64,000 nucleotides of DNA from Squalus acanthias (lineage: Eukaryota): contig CM059431.1 in the NCBI GenBank assembly GCA_030390025.1, forward strand, positions 100,442,001 through 100,506,000, read 5' to 3'. Below are positions 36,866 to 49,220 of the stretch, piece by piece (position 1 is the first letter of the stretch; each line of letters begins with the position of its first letter). Below the pieces are notes generated by a model that had not been told where the DNA came from, made no database searches, and worked only from the letters and a program-made list of their open reading frames with translations. The translations under genes and the position numbers were made by a program.

Positions 36866-37075
36866 GGAAAGAAAGAACTTGCGTTTCTCTAGCACCTTTC
36901 ACGACCTCTGGGTGTTCCAAAGCACTTTACAGCCAATGAAGTACTTTAAGAAGTGTAGTCACTGTTCGTAATGTAGGAAACGCGGCAGCCAATTTGCGCA
37001 CAGCAAGCTCCCACAAACAGCAATGAGATAATGGCCAGATAATCTGTTTTTAGTGATGTTAGTTGAGGGATAAAT
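36866..37075 (-). mobile_element. Deu-SINE 3' half
   Basis: Family match. Confidence 0.82.
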
Positions 37076-37674
37076 AGATAGTGTTAGGTTTAAGTTTGCT
37101 GTATTTGAAGTCAGATTGGGAATAAGATGATTTGCTTTTGCTACATTTAAGTAGCAATGCCTCAGATAGAAATGCTTTGAATAGTGTTAAAATTATGTTA
37201 CCCACAGACCTGGCTGACATGATCAACTTTTCGTCATTACAAACCATTCTGAGCTCATTTTTAAAATTAAAATAGACTATCGGCACTATAAATTAAACCA
37301 CCTTTATTCTGCGACATTTGATGTTGGCAAGTCTAAACTTTAATATTACGCACATCTGTCAGCACTGAAATGCTTCCCTGTAATATTTCCCACGTGAGAG
37401 CATCATCTGTGACCTTTTCCCAAAAAAGGAAATTTTGTGGGTTTTTTCCCCCAGAACCAGTCATGAACAATTTGACAGCCCGTCCATTCTGCATCTTGTC
37501 AAATGGAAAGAATTCCTAGGATTTTCTTTTCCTAGATTCTACTTTGCATGACCTCAGCAGCCTCAGAACTGGTGCTGTCACTACTTGCAGCAAGATTTCT
37601 GAAGCAGCATTTAGCAAAGTGACAACAATGCTAGCAACTTTCACAATAACTGATGGGCAAAGTTGACAACACCT

Positions 37675-37850
37675 GTCTCTCTACCTCTCCTTTTAAGTCG
37701 CTTCTTGAAACCTACCTATTTGACCAAGCTTTTGGTCACCTGTCCTAATGTCTCTTTCTTTGGCTTGGTGTCAATTTCTGTCTGATTACACTCCACTCTT
37801 AGGATGTTTCAATACGTTAAAGGCGCTGTATAAATGCAAGTTGTTGTCGT
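37675..37850 (+). mobile_element. L2 3' tail
   Basis: L2 tail motif. Confidence 0.78.
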
Positions 37851-37852
37851 AG

Positions 37853-39900
37853 ACGGAACGGCGATATATGTCCAAGTCGGGATGGTGTGTGACTTGGAGG
37901 GGAACTTTGCAGGCGATGGTGTTCCCATGCACCTGCTGCCCTTGTACTTCTAGGTGGTGGAAGTCGTAGGTTTTGGAGGTTCTGTCGAAGAAGCCTTGGC
38001 AATTTGATGCACTGCATCCTGTAGATGGTACACACTACAGCCACGGTACACCGGTGGTGGAGGGAGTAGATGTTTAAGGTGGTGGATGGGTTGCCAATCA
38101 AGCGGGTTGCTTTTTCCTGGATGGTGTCAAGCTTCTTGAGTGTTGTTGCAGCTGCACTCATCCAGGCAAGTGGATTGTATTCCATCACACTCCTCCTGAC
38201 TTGTGCCTTGTAGATGGTAGAGGCGCTTTGGGGAGACAGGAGGTGAGCCACTCGCCACAGAATACCCAGCCTCTGATCTGCCACGACATTTATGTGGTTG
38301 TTCCAGTTCAGTTTCTAGTCAATAGTGACACCCAAGATGTTGATGGTGGGGGACTCGGTGATGGTAATGTCATTGAATGTTGAGGGGAGATGGTTATTCT
38401 CTCGCTTGTTGGAGATAGTCATTGCCTGGCACTTAAGTAGCAAGTAACATTCGTGCAACACATCAGCCTAAGCCTGGATATTGTCCAGGTCTTGCTGCAT
38501 GTGGGCACGGACTGCTTCATCACCTGAGGAGTTGCGAATGGAGCTGAAAACTGTGCAATCATCAGCAAACAGCCCACTTCTGACTTTATGATGGAGGGAA
38601 TGTCATTGATGAAGCAGCTGAAGATGGCCCACTGCCGAGGATGCTACCCTGAGGAAGTCCTGCAACGATGTCCTGGGGCTGAGATGATTGGCCTCCAACG
38701 ACTACAACCATCTTCCTTTGTGCTGGGTATAACTCCAGACAGTGGAGAGATTTCCTCCTGATCCCATTGACTTCAATTTTATTAGGGCTCCTTGGTGCCA
38801 CACCCGGTCAAATGCTGCCTTGATGTCAAGGGCAATCACTCTCACCTCACCTCTTAAATTCAGCTCATGTCCATGTTTGGACCAACGCTGCAATGAGGTC
38901 TGGAGCGGAGTGGTCCTGGTAGAACCCAAACTGAGATTCGATGAGCAGGCTATTGGTGAAAAGAATCACTTTTCTGATGATTGAGAGTAGGCTGATGGGG
39001 CGGTAATTTGCCGGATTGCATTTCTCCTGATTTTTGTGGACAGGACATACCTGGGAAATTTTCCACTTTGTCGGGTAGATGCCAGTGTTGTAGCTATACT
39101 GGAACAGTTTAGCTAGAGGTGCAGCTAGTTCTGCAGCACAGGTCTTCAGCACGACAGCCGGGATGTTGTCGGGGCCCATAGCCTTTGCTGTGTCCAGTGC
39201 ACTCAGCCGTTTCTTGATGTTACGTGGAGTGAATCAATTTGGCTGAAGGCTGGCATCTGTGATGGTGAGGACCTCAGGAGCAGGCTGAGAAGGATTATCC
39301 ACTTAGCACTTCTGGTTGAAGATAGTTGCAAACGTTTCAGCCTCGACTTTTTCACTCACATACTGGGCTCCGCCATCAATGAGGATGGGGATGTTCATGG
39401 GGCCTCCTCGTCCCATTAGTTGCTTAATTGTTCACCACCATTCACAACTGGATGTGGTAGGGTTGCAGAGCTTTGATCTGATCCGTTGGTTGTGGAATTG
39501 CTTTGTTCCGTCTGTGGCATGTTGCTTCCGCTGTTTAGCATGCATGTAGTGCTGTGTTGTAGCTTCACCAGGTTGACACCTCATTTTCAGGTACCCCTGG
39601 TGCTGCTCCTGGCATGCTCTTCTACACTTCTCATTGAACCAGGGATGGTCATCAGACCGATGGTGATGAAGGAGTGAGGGAATATGTCAGGCCACGAGGT
39701 TATAGATTGTGGTGGAATACAATTCTTCTGCTATGCTAATGGCCCACAGCGCCTCATGGATGCCCAGTTTTGAGCTGCTCTGAATCTATCCCATTTAGCA
39801 CGGTGGTAGTGCCACACAACACGATGGAGGGTGTCCACAGTGTGAAGATGGGACTTGGTCTCCACAAGGACTGGTCGGTGATCACTGCTACCAATGCTGT
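37853..39900 (-). mobile_element. Degenerate CR1-clade (RSg-1-like) LINE ORF2, ~2 kb, endonuclease end through reverse transcriptase
   Basis: Frameshifted ORFs: SSDHRPVL (EN end), GPDNIP..NPANYRPISLLS..SQFGF, ALDIKAAFDRVWH, GLPQGSILG, IYKAQVR..MEY. Confidence 0.92.
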
Positions 39901-40000
39901 TTATTTCCAGATTTTCTTTCAAATTTTCAATCTGAACACAGGATGATTAGTCCAGGCCTCTAGAATATTAATCCAGTAATATAACCACAACACTAATTTA

Positions 40001-40566
40001 GGGGTACGGTAGCATAGCGGTTATGTTACTGGACGAGTAATCCAGAGGCCTGGACTAATGATCCGGAGCCATGAGTTCAAATCCCACCACGGCAGCTGGG
40101 GAATTTAAATTAAATTAATTAATTAAATAAATCTGGAATAAAAAGCTCGTGTCAGTAATGGTGACCATGAAACTACTGGATTGTTGTAAAAACTCATCTG
40201 GTTCACTAATGTCCTTGAGGGAAGGAAATCTGCCGTCCTTACCCGGTCTGGCCTATATGTGACTCCAGAACCACAGCAATGTGGTTGACTCTAAACTGCC
40301 CTCTGAAATGCCCTAGCAAGCCATTCAGTTGGATCAAAAAACACTGCAAAAAACAATAATAAGAATAAAACCGAACGGACCATCCAGAATCGAACTAGGC
40401 ACTGTGGGAGTACCTTCCCCACACGGACTGCAACGGTTCAAGGCGGCAGCTCACCACTACCTTCTCAAGGGCAATTAGGGATGGGCAATAAATGCTGGCC
40501 TTGCCCACTTGAGATGGTTTTTAAAAATTCTTTCACGGGATGTGGGCCCACATCCCGTGAAAGAAT
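40001..40566 (+). mobile_element. Meta-domain tRNA-SINE (SlmI/SacSINE2-like) with LINE-derived tail
   Basis: Head GGTAGCATAGCGGTTA..GAGTTCAAATCCC, body CATCTGGTTCACTAATGTCCTT.AGGGAAGGAAATCTGCCGTCCTTACC, tail identical in type to 27358-27500 reversed. Confidence 0.72.
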
Positions 40567-40586
40567 TTTTAAAAACCATCTCAAGT
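40507..40586. repeat. Perfect 80-bp palindrome with no spacer
   Basis: 40507-40546 is the exact reverse complement of 40547-40586. Confidence 0.97.
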
Positions 40587-40679
40587 AGCAAAACTTATGG
40601 TCTCCTACTTAATGGTACCTGTCATTTTTTCAGTAGATATGTGTCATCTTATTTTTTTTTTACTTTCAAAATCATATTA

Positions 40680-40931
40680 GAGTAAACTCTTTCGTATCCG
40701 GCACCGACGGGACCGGGATGGTGCCGGTTGATTAAAAATTCCAGATAACAGAGAGGTAGGCAATTTTTAACACAAAAAAAATAAAAACCAGTGACTAACT
40801 TGGCCACCGCAGGAAACTCGGACTCGGAAAAACTGAAAAATGTATGGATTCGGCAAGATTACCGGTTATCTATTTTGCCGGTTATTAAAGAATTCCGGTT
40901 GATTAGGTGCCGTTTAAACAAGGGTTTACTG
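40680..40931. mobile_element. Tc1/mariner (pogo/Tigger-like) MITE
   Basis: TA flanks at 40678-40679 and 40932-40933; TIRs GAGTAAACTCT..CGGCACC / GGTGCCG..AGGGTTTACTG. Confidence 0.72.
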
Positions 40932-41519
40932 TACTACAAACATTTCAAAAGGCACACTGGGCAAATTAGTTTTTTCCCCCTTTTCACACTTAGTGACAAT
41001 ATAAAGCACTCTTTGAGGTAACCTGGTAGACCATGGGTTGCATGCAGTATGCAGCTCCCCTTATATCCCCAGAGCACACCATCTAATATAATAGTTCGAC
41101 ATTACTATTTCGCCATACTGTATCTCTTTAGTTGGCCTTCCTAAGTGAGATTGTACAATTTCTGCCAATAATGGGTAGTTTTGTGCTGTGGACTCATGAA
41201 TACTAGGAACTAGATTGATGTTACTTAAGTTCATCTCATTTAAGAATCAGCATGTGGGGACATCAACTCGAAATACGAACTGGCCAGAAGCAACAGGCAG
41301 TGAATGAGAGAAACACTGCAGGAAGAAGAAGTTTTAAACTGCACAATAATTTCTCCCCACTTTTCTAATATTTACATAAAGTTACATCGAGTTTACAGCG
41401 TAGAAACAAGCCATTTGGCCCAACTGGTCTGTACCGGTGTTTATGCTCCACATGAGCCTCCTCCCACCCCTCTTTATCTCACCCCATCAGCAGATCCTTC
41501 TCTCTCTCACATGGCTGCT

Positions 41520-42602
41520 GTCGATCATCCTGCCATCGCCATTCACACCTCATCTAGAGCCATCTTTTGTTTCTTAACTTGTCCCATTACCATCTCCTTT
41601 TGCCTTGTACCATCATCCCTTTTGTGTCTTAATCTCTCCTGCCTTCCACCCTATCACAGACCTTCCCTTTTGTTCTTTCCTCCCCTCCCCCCTCTCCCTG
41701 CCCCTACACTTGCTTAAAAACCTGTTCCATCTCCAACGTTTTCCAGTTCTGACAAAGGGTCATCGACCTGAAACGTTGGCCCAGAAATTAAACACGGAGC
41801 GTTCCTGCGGGGGTAAGGCTTCCCCGCGATATCTCACTGCGCGCCTACCTTTTCCCTCCGGGCTCACACGAACTTTAGTTTCAAGGCCAGTCCCACATGC
41901 AGCTGTGCAGTGCTTGCGTGACCCACAGACGCAGTTAGTTCGTGCGAGCTGTGGGATCACGTGATTCAGTTAGAGCCAATGGCAGCACACCATCTTTCAT
42001 TCATAGTTTTGACAGGACAACTGTCAAAGCTATGAATACTATACCCCCCCAAAAGAACAGCTAAACCTCAATTAAATTTAAAAAAAAACCCATCACATTA
42101 ATAAAATAACTATAGTTAAATAAATTAACCACTTTAAACAAAAATTTAAATTTTTGAAAAAATTTAAAATCTTTTTAAAAGTTATAAAAATAAACTTACC
42201 TTTCTTTAAAGTCTCTAAAAAAGATAAACCTGTTGAAAAAATTTTAAAATAATACTTAATTAACTACTTACCTTGTTTAAAGAGGGTCTTATGCCTCCTT
42301 TCTTTATGTGTAAAATCTTCCATGCTTACCTGCGCGTTCAAAGCACTAAGTGCACTGCGTGCGCGCAGCCTGTAGCACGCACGCGGTTCACTTAGGAACC
42401 GCCCCCTTTTGAGTTCACAAAGTGCCGGTTTCCCACACATGCGCAGTGCATGCTGAAAACCGGCAATTGGAGACCTAAAACGCGAGAGTACACAGTGCGT
42501 ACTCTCACGTATTAGGTCTAATTTTCGGGCCAATAACTCTGTTTCTCGCTCCACAGATGCTGCCTGACCTGCTGATTGTTTCAAGCATTTTCTGTTTTTA
42601 TT
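41520..42602 (+). mobile_element. Penelope-like terminal fragment interrupted by a MITE
   Basis: CTGACAAAGGGTCATCGACCTGAAACGTT|MITE|AACTCTGTTTCTCGCTCCACAGATGCTGCCTGACC. Confidence 0.65.
41778..42531. mobile_element. MITE (~750 bp, GC-rich arms, AT-rich core)
   Basis: Termini GGCCCAGAAATTA / TAATTTTCGGGCC; cleanly splits another repeat. Confidence 0.75.
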
Positions 42603-42604
42603 AT

Positions 42605-43012
42605 AGCGGATCCTTCTATTCCTTTCTTCCTCATGTGTTTATCTACTTTCCCCTTAAAGGCATCGATGCTCTTTGCCTCAACCACTCCCTGTGGCAGCGA
42701 GTTCCACATTCTCACCACTCTCTGGGTAAAGAAGTTGCTTCTGAATTCCCTATTGGATTTATTAGTGACTACTTTATATTTATGGTCCATAGTTTTGGAT
42801 TCCCCCACAAGTGGAAACATCTTCTCTACGTCTACCCTATCGAACCCCTTCATAATCTTAAAGATCTCTATCAGGTCACCACTTAGCCTTCTCTTTTCTA
42901 GTGAAAAGAGCACCAGCCTGTTCAGCCTTTCCTGATAAGTATATCCTCTCAGTTTTGGTATCAGCCTTGTGTATCTTTTTTGCACCTTCTCCAGTGCTTC
43001 TATATCCTTTTT
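42605..43012 (-). mobile_element. CR1 fragment
   Basis: ORF 42581-42985. Confidence 0.88.
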
Positions 43013-43061
43013 ATGGTTTATGGTTAAATTGTGTGGTTACATAGCTTTGACATATTCGATT

Positions 43062-43252
43062 GGCCCTAAGCTCTGGAATTCCCTCCCTAAACCTCTCTCT
43101 CCTCCTTTAAGACGCTCCTTTGGCCAAGCTTTTGGTCACCTGCCCTAATATCTCCTTATGGAGCTCGGTGTCAATTTTTGTCTGATAACGCTCCTGTGAC
43201 GTGCCTTGGGACCTCTTACTACGTTAAAGGCGCTATATAAGTACAAGTTGTT
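43062..43252 (+). mobile_element. L2 3' tail
   Basis: L2 tail motif. Confidence 0.8.
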
Positions 43253-43339
43253 GATTTCTCCTCTATACAATAAGAGATTAAGAAGTTGCTTACAACTAAA
43301 TATGCATATACCAGACAGAGTTACATAAATAGAGAGCCA

Positions 43340-43995
43340 GGAACATAGGAACAAAGGAACAGGAGGAGGCCATTGAGCCCCTCGAGCCTGTTCCGCCATT
43401 CAATGAGATCATGGCTGATCTGTGACCTAACTCCATATACCCGCCTTTGGCCCATATCCCTTAATACCTTTGGTTAACAAAAAGCTTACCAATTATCGAT
43501 TTAAAATTAAGAAAGAAAGAAAGACGACTTGCATTTATATAGCGCCTTTCACGACCACCGGACGTCTCAAAGCGCTTTACAGCCAATGAGTACTTTTGGA
43601 GTGTAGTCACTGTTGTAATGTAGGAAACGCGGCAGTCAATTTGCACACAGCAAACTCCCACAAACAGCAATGTGATAATGACCAGATAATCTGTTTTTGT
43701 TATGTTGGTTGAGGGATAAATATTGGCCAGGACACCAGAGTTAACTCCCCTGCTCTTCTTCGAAACAGTACCATGGGATCTTTTACGTCCACCTGAGAGT
43801 GCTGACGGGGCCTCGGTTTAACGTCTCATCCGAAAGACGGCACCTCCGACAGCACAGCACTCCCTCAGCACTGTACTGGAGTGTCAGCCTAGATTTATGT
43901 GCTCAATTGATCTAGCATCAATTGCCATTTGCGGAAGAGAGTTCCAAACTTCTACCACCCTTTGTGTGTAGAACTGTTTCCTAATTTCTCTCCTG
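43340..43995 (-). mobile_element. CR1 3' tail interrupted by a 5'-truncated Deu-SINE (43511-43904)
   Basis: CR1 sequence stops at ..TTTAAAATTAA and resumes at AATTGATCTAGC..GAGAGTTCC. Confidence 0.8.
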
Positions 43996-46276
43996 ATTGG
44001 GATTTTATTAAAAAATGTGCTTATACCAGTTTTTGCACATGCTGCATGTGAATTTGCCTGTATAAAAACGAAGTCATCACTTTCATGCTATGCCCCCAAG
44101 TTATGCAGACTCTTTCTGAACACATGCAATAGATGGGTTCAAATTTCTCGAACCAAAGTGAGCATGCTTTACGCATTAACAACAAGATGATGCCATTGCA
44201 GCTTTTAGATAAGTAGTTAAAAAAAAGTTGCAAAGTTGCTGAAAATTAAATCGGTCATCATTGTCCTTATTTGAATAGTATACGTATGTTTCTGAATTGA
44301 TTGTAGCATTTTTCAATGTTAACTGTAAATAAGCCCCTTTTATTAAAGACAACATGTACTTCCCAGAGGTATTTTTAAAATGTATCTCTTACAGTGTACT
44401 GTACGCCATGAAAGAAAGACTTGCATTTACATAGCGCCTCTCACGACCTCAGGACGTCCCAAAGCGCTTTACAGCCAATGAAGTACAATTAAAATTAATT
44501 ACAAGTAAAATTAAAGACTTTTTATTCCAGCAGAAAGCAATATGTTTTGTGTTAAAATACAATAACAGATTGCATTATTGGTAGCAGAGGAGGAAAGCTT
44601 ACCTGGATAAGGTGAGGAAAATTGCAGTTAAGAATGACAATTAATCCTAGTTAAACATCAAGCCATGTGTCCCCCTGCTAAACTAGTTTTAAAATCTGCC
44701 AAAGGCAGTAAAGTTATCGTCGTTTTAACGTGTAAATCTCCTCTTTCTCCTCTATAAGAAATTACAAAACGCATGCTCGTACATGAAACAGTGACGAGTA
44801 GGGTACAGCTAGAAGGCTGCAAGGCTCTGTACAGCTGCAGTCACTGGAGCAGCCTGTTAGCATAATGCTTTGACAACTCCATCAGTGAAATCTCAAGGTA
44901 GCTGTCAATCACAATGCATCATTTAATCCAACAGCACTCTTAGGAGTTCTATATAAACCACATGACAGCACGTCTACAGCTCTATTTATAGGCATGCCCA
45001 GTTGTTTAGCACTGCTGCTGTAATTAGAACAAAGCTACAGGTCTAAATATATTCAGATGCTGTGTTTTTTTTCTCTCCTTCTGCATTTCAACGTACTGTG
45101 ATCATCCTTTCCTGCAATATGCAGAATTCAAAGGCCTGCATTTTATTCATTCAATATAGTTGCAGTTGCAGCTATCTATAATTAGATTAATGGTGTAGTG
45201 CAGTACAAAGCAGGCCCACTTCACATTAACCAGCAGATGAATCAGTACAAACACTTATTTTAATTCCAGATAGAGAAAGCAGTGGCTAGGGTATTTAGCA
45301 TACCCTTTACTGCGGGAACGAGATGTTAATTGTGCACCATTACCTCTAAACTACTTGCTTTGTTGTATTAATCACGGCGCTAATTGATGCAGAGATAGAG
45401 ATATAGCCACAGGCAAGAAAGCATCAAAATGAGAAGGAAAGATGGCGGAGAAAGAATTATCAAGCAAAACCATATGGAGAAGGCACTCCTTTGAAAACAT
45501 TTCCTCTTACCCACAAGCGGTGCTTCACGGACTAACATGCCAACTGTGTGGAGAAAATTAATTTTGTTTATTTTTTCAATGAGGAACCATGAAACAATTT
45601 TTCAAGGGGCTGGTCCAGTGTTGAACACGAAACAAAAGCAAATGCACTGCTTTTATATTCTAGCTTTTAGATGCAAATAGCACCAAACTACAATTAAATT
45701 TATCAAAAAATTAGCACTTAGAATTAACACAAACATACAAAGGATTAGCATTTTCAAGCCATGTACTCTATATATTTAGCAAAATGTAATTGTGCCTAAT
45801 TCAAGGACTATCTCAATGCGTTTTGGTTATCAGATCTGTTCCGATCACAGTGCTATTTTCTAAAAAAAAACCTGGACCCTTCAATTGTACTTGAATTAAA
45901 AAATTTAACCCAAACTTACAACAATGTGATATTTTAAATCTAAAACCAGTGCTCCTCTAATTGTCCTACTCAAATTATGGCCAAGAATAAGAACATCTTC
46001 TCAGATGACACAAAACTTCCAACAGTATTTTCACAAAAGTGAATGAATAATAGATTTCAGGGCAGTTTCCGGAAGCATTTATCCCTTAATGCATCAGTAT
46101 TGCTTCACATCAATTTATGGAAAACTTATTCCAGAAGTGACTTATTGCAGTTCAGCTTTAAATAAGCTGAATTCCTGTTTTGTGAAAAATAAATGAGACT
46201 TGCAGCAACAGACATTAACTAGAAACACATCAAAATTAGTTCCAGGTGAAAAAATCCAAAGTTTTTCTAAATAGAA

Positions 46277-48120
46277 ACAGAGGAACATCGGAACAGGAGT
46301 CGGCCATTCAGCCCCTCGACTCTGTTCCGCCATTCAATTCGATCATGGCTGATCTGTATCTTAACTCCATCTACCCGCCTTGGTTCCGTAGCCTTTAATA
46401 CTCTTGCCTAATAAAAATCTATCAATCTCAGTTTTTAAATTTTCAATTGACCCCGCCCGCCCAGCCTAAACAGCTATTTTTTTGGGGGGGGGGGGGGGGT
46501 GGAGAAAAGAGTTCCAGATTACAAAGAACATAAAAAATAGGAGCAGGAGCAGGCCAGGTGGCCCCTCGAGCCTGCTCCGCCATTCAATAAGATCATGGCT
46601 GAATTTCTATAACAACTCCACTTTCCCGCACTATTCCCATATTCCTTGATTCCCTTAGTATCTAAAAATCTATTGATCTCTGTCTTGAATATACTCAACG
46701 ACGCAGCATCCACAGCCCTCTGGGGCAGAGAATTCCAAAGATTCACCGCCCTCTGAGTGAAGAAATTTCTCCTCATCTCAGTCCTAAATGGCCGACCCCT
46801 TATCCTGAGACTGTGACCCCCTAGTTCTAGACCCTCTAGCCAGGGGAAAACAACCTCTCAGCATCTACCCTGTCAAGCCCTCTATAAGAATTTTATACAT
46901 TTCAATGAGATCACTTCTCATTCTTCTAAACTCCTGAGAATATAGGCCCATTCTACTCAATCTCTCCTCATGCACCCGTGGGGTTGTAAATAGCGAGGAG
47001 GGAAGCCTCAGGCTACAGGACGATATAGACGGGTTGGTCAGATGGGCAGAACAGTGGCAAATGGAATTTAACCCTGAAAAGTGTGAGGTGATGCATTTTG
47101 GGAGGACTAACAAGGCAAGGGAATACACAATGAATGGTAGGACCCTAGGAAGGACAGAGGATCAGAGGGACATTGGTGTGCATGTACATAGATCCCTGAA
47201 GGCAGCAGGACAGGTAGATAAGGTGGTTAAAAAGGCATATGGGATACTTGCCTTCATTAACCGAGGCATAGAATATAAGAGCAGGGAGGTTATGATGGAG
47301 CTGTACAAAACGCTAGTTAGGCCACAGCTGGAATACTGTGTGCAGTTCTGGTCGCCACACTATAGGAAGGATGTGATTGCATTGGAGAGGGTGCAGAGGA
47401 GATTCACCAGGATGTTACCTGGGCTGCAGCGCTTCAGCTATGAAGAGAGACTGGACAGGCTGGGGTTGTTTTCCTTAGAGCAGAGAAGGCTGAGGGGGGA
47501 CCTGATTGAGGTGTACAAAATTATGAGGGGCATAGATAGGGTAGATAGAAAGGAACTTTTCCCCTTAGTAGAGGGGTCAATAACCAGGGGGCATAGTTTC
47601 AAGGTAAGGGACAGGAGGTTTAGAGGGGATTTGAGGAAAAACTTTTTCACCCAGAGGGTGGTTGGAATCTGGAACTCACTGCCTGAAAGGGTGGTAGAGG
47701 CAGGAACCCTCACAACATTCAAGAAGCATTTAGATGAGCACTTGAAACGCCATAGCATACAAGGCTACGGACCAAGTGCTGGAAAATGGGATTAGAATAG
47801 ACAGGGCTTGATGGCCGGTGCAGACACGATGGGCCGAAGGGCCTCTTTCTGTGCTGTTTAACTCTATGAATCTATGACACTACACTTTGTGTGAAGAAGT
47901 GCTTCCTGACATCACCCCTTAATGGCCTGGCTCTAATTTTAAGGTTATGCCCCCTTGTTCTGGACTCCCTCACCAGAGGAAATAGTTTCTTCTCTATCTA
48001 CCCTATAAATTCCTTTAATCATCTTAAACACCTCAATTAGATCATCCCAAATCATTCTATATTCAAGGGAATACCAGCCTAGTCTAGGCAAACTGTTCTA
48101 ATAATTTAACCCTTTTAGTC
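46277..48120. mobile_element. Nested CR1 cluster: outer CR1 (-; 46277-46519 and 47881-48120) containing a CR1 (-; 46525-46970) and a CR1 (+; 46975-47878)
   Basis: Outer copy matches 5045-5390 on both sides; inner + copy has an uninterrupted 253-aa ORF2 C-terminus (47034-47795). Confidence 0.88.
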
Positions 48121-48549
48121 CCACAAAACTCTTTCAGTAACACTGTCCGATTAAATTTGTAGGAACCTTATTGCATATGATGTACTGTAAAGATCTGTTC
48201 TACAAGGTCTTTAGACCATTACTATTTTGGAGCTACGTTGTTGCATTTTTAGCTCTACAATTATTTCTCTAGTATTTTAAACATTATCAGATGTTTCATG
48301 CAGTTCTCCAATTCCATTAACTATTCAGTATTGGAAATGTTCAAATGTTACACAAGCCAATATGTCTGCATAGCTTGGAAGCTGGAACAAACATTCTGTA
48401 ACTTTGGGTTCATGTCATCTGGTTGTGATTATAAATTACACAAAAACCCACCGTTCAAACTTTATTCTACCTAGTTTGCAGAATATTACATTTATATTCT
48501 AAGAAATAGCATGTCTGCTCACATTTCCTGTCACATACACATACACAAA

Positions 48550-49220
48550 TCTTTGAAGGTGGCAGGACAAGTTGATATGGCTGTTGAAAAAAGCACACAG
48601 GAACCTTGGCTTTACAAATAGAGCTGTGGAGTACAAAAGCAAGGAAGTTATGCTAAACCTTTAATGACTGGTTAGGCTTCAGCTGGAGTATTGTGTCCAA
48701 TTCTGGGCACCACACTTTAGAAAGGCTGTCAAGGCCTTGGAGAGGGTTGCAGTGGAGATTTACCAGAATGGTACCAGGGATGAGGGGTTTCAGTTACGTG
48801 GAGAGACTGGGGAAGCTGGGATTGTTCTCCTTAGAGCAGAGAAGGTTAAGGGGAGATTTGGTCAAAATGATGCAGGATTTTAATAGAGTAAATAAGGAGG
48901 AAGTGTTTCCACTGGCGGGAGGGGAGGGTCGGTAACCAGAGGACACAGATTTAAGGTAATTGGCAAAAGAACCAGAGGGGAGATGAGGAGAACTCTTTTT
49001 ACGCAGCGAGTTGTTGTGATCTGGAACGCGCTGCCTGAAAGGGTGGTGGAAGCAGATTCAACAGTCACTTTCAAAAGGGAATTGGATAAATACTTGAAAA
49101 GGAAACATTTACAGGGCTATGGGGAAAGAGCAGGAGGAGTGGGACTAATTGGAGAGCTCTTTCAAAGAGCCGGCACAGGCACGATGGGCTGAATGGCCTC
49201 CTTCTGTGCTGTATGATTGT
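48550..49220 (+). mobile_element. CR1 3' fragment
   Basis: ORFs 48693-48935 and 48983-49192. Confidence 0.88.

Noticed and set aside
47034..47795. 253-aa ORF as a host gene
   Set aside because: It is the C-terminus of CR1 ORF2 from a 5'-truncated copy, lacking the endonuclease and most of the RT
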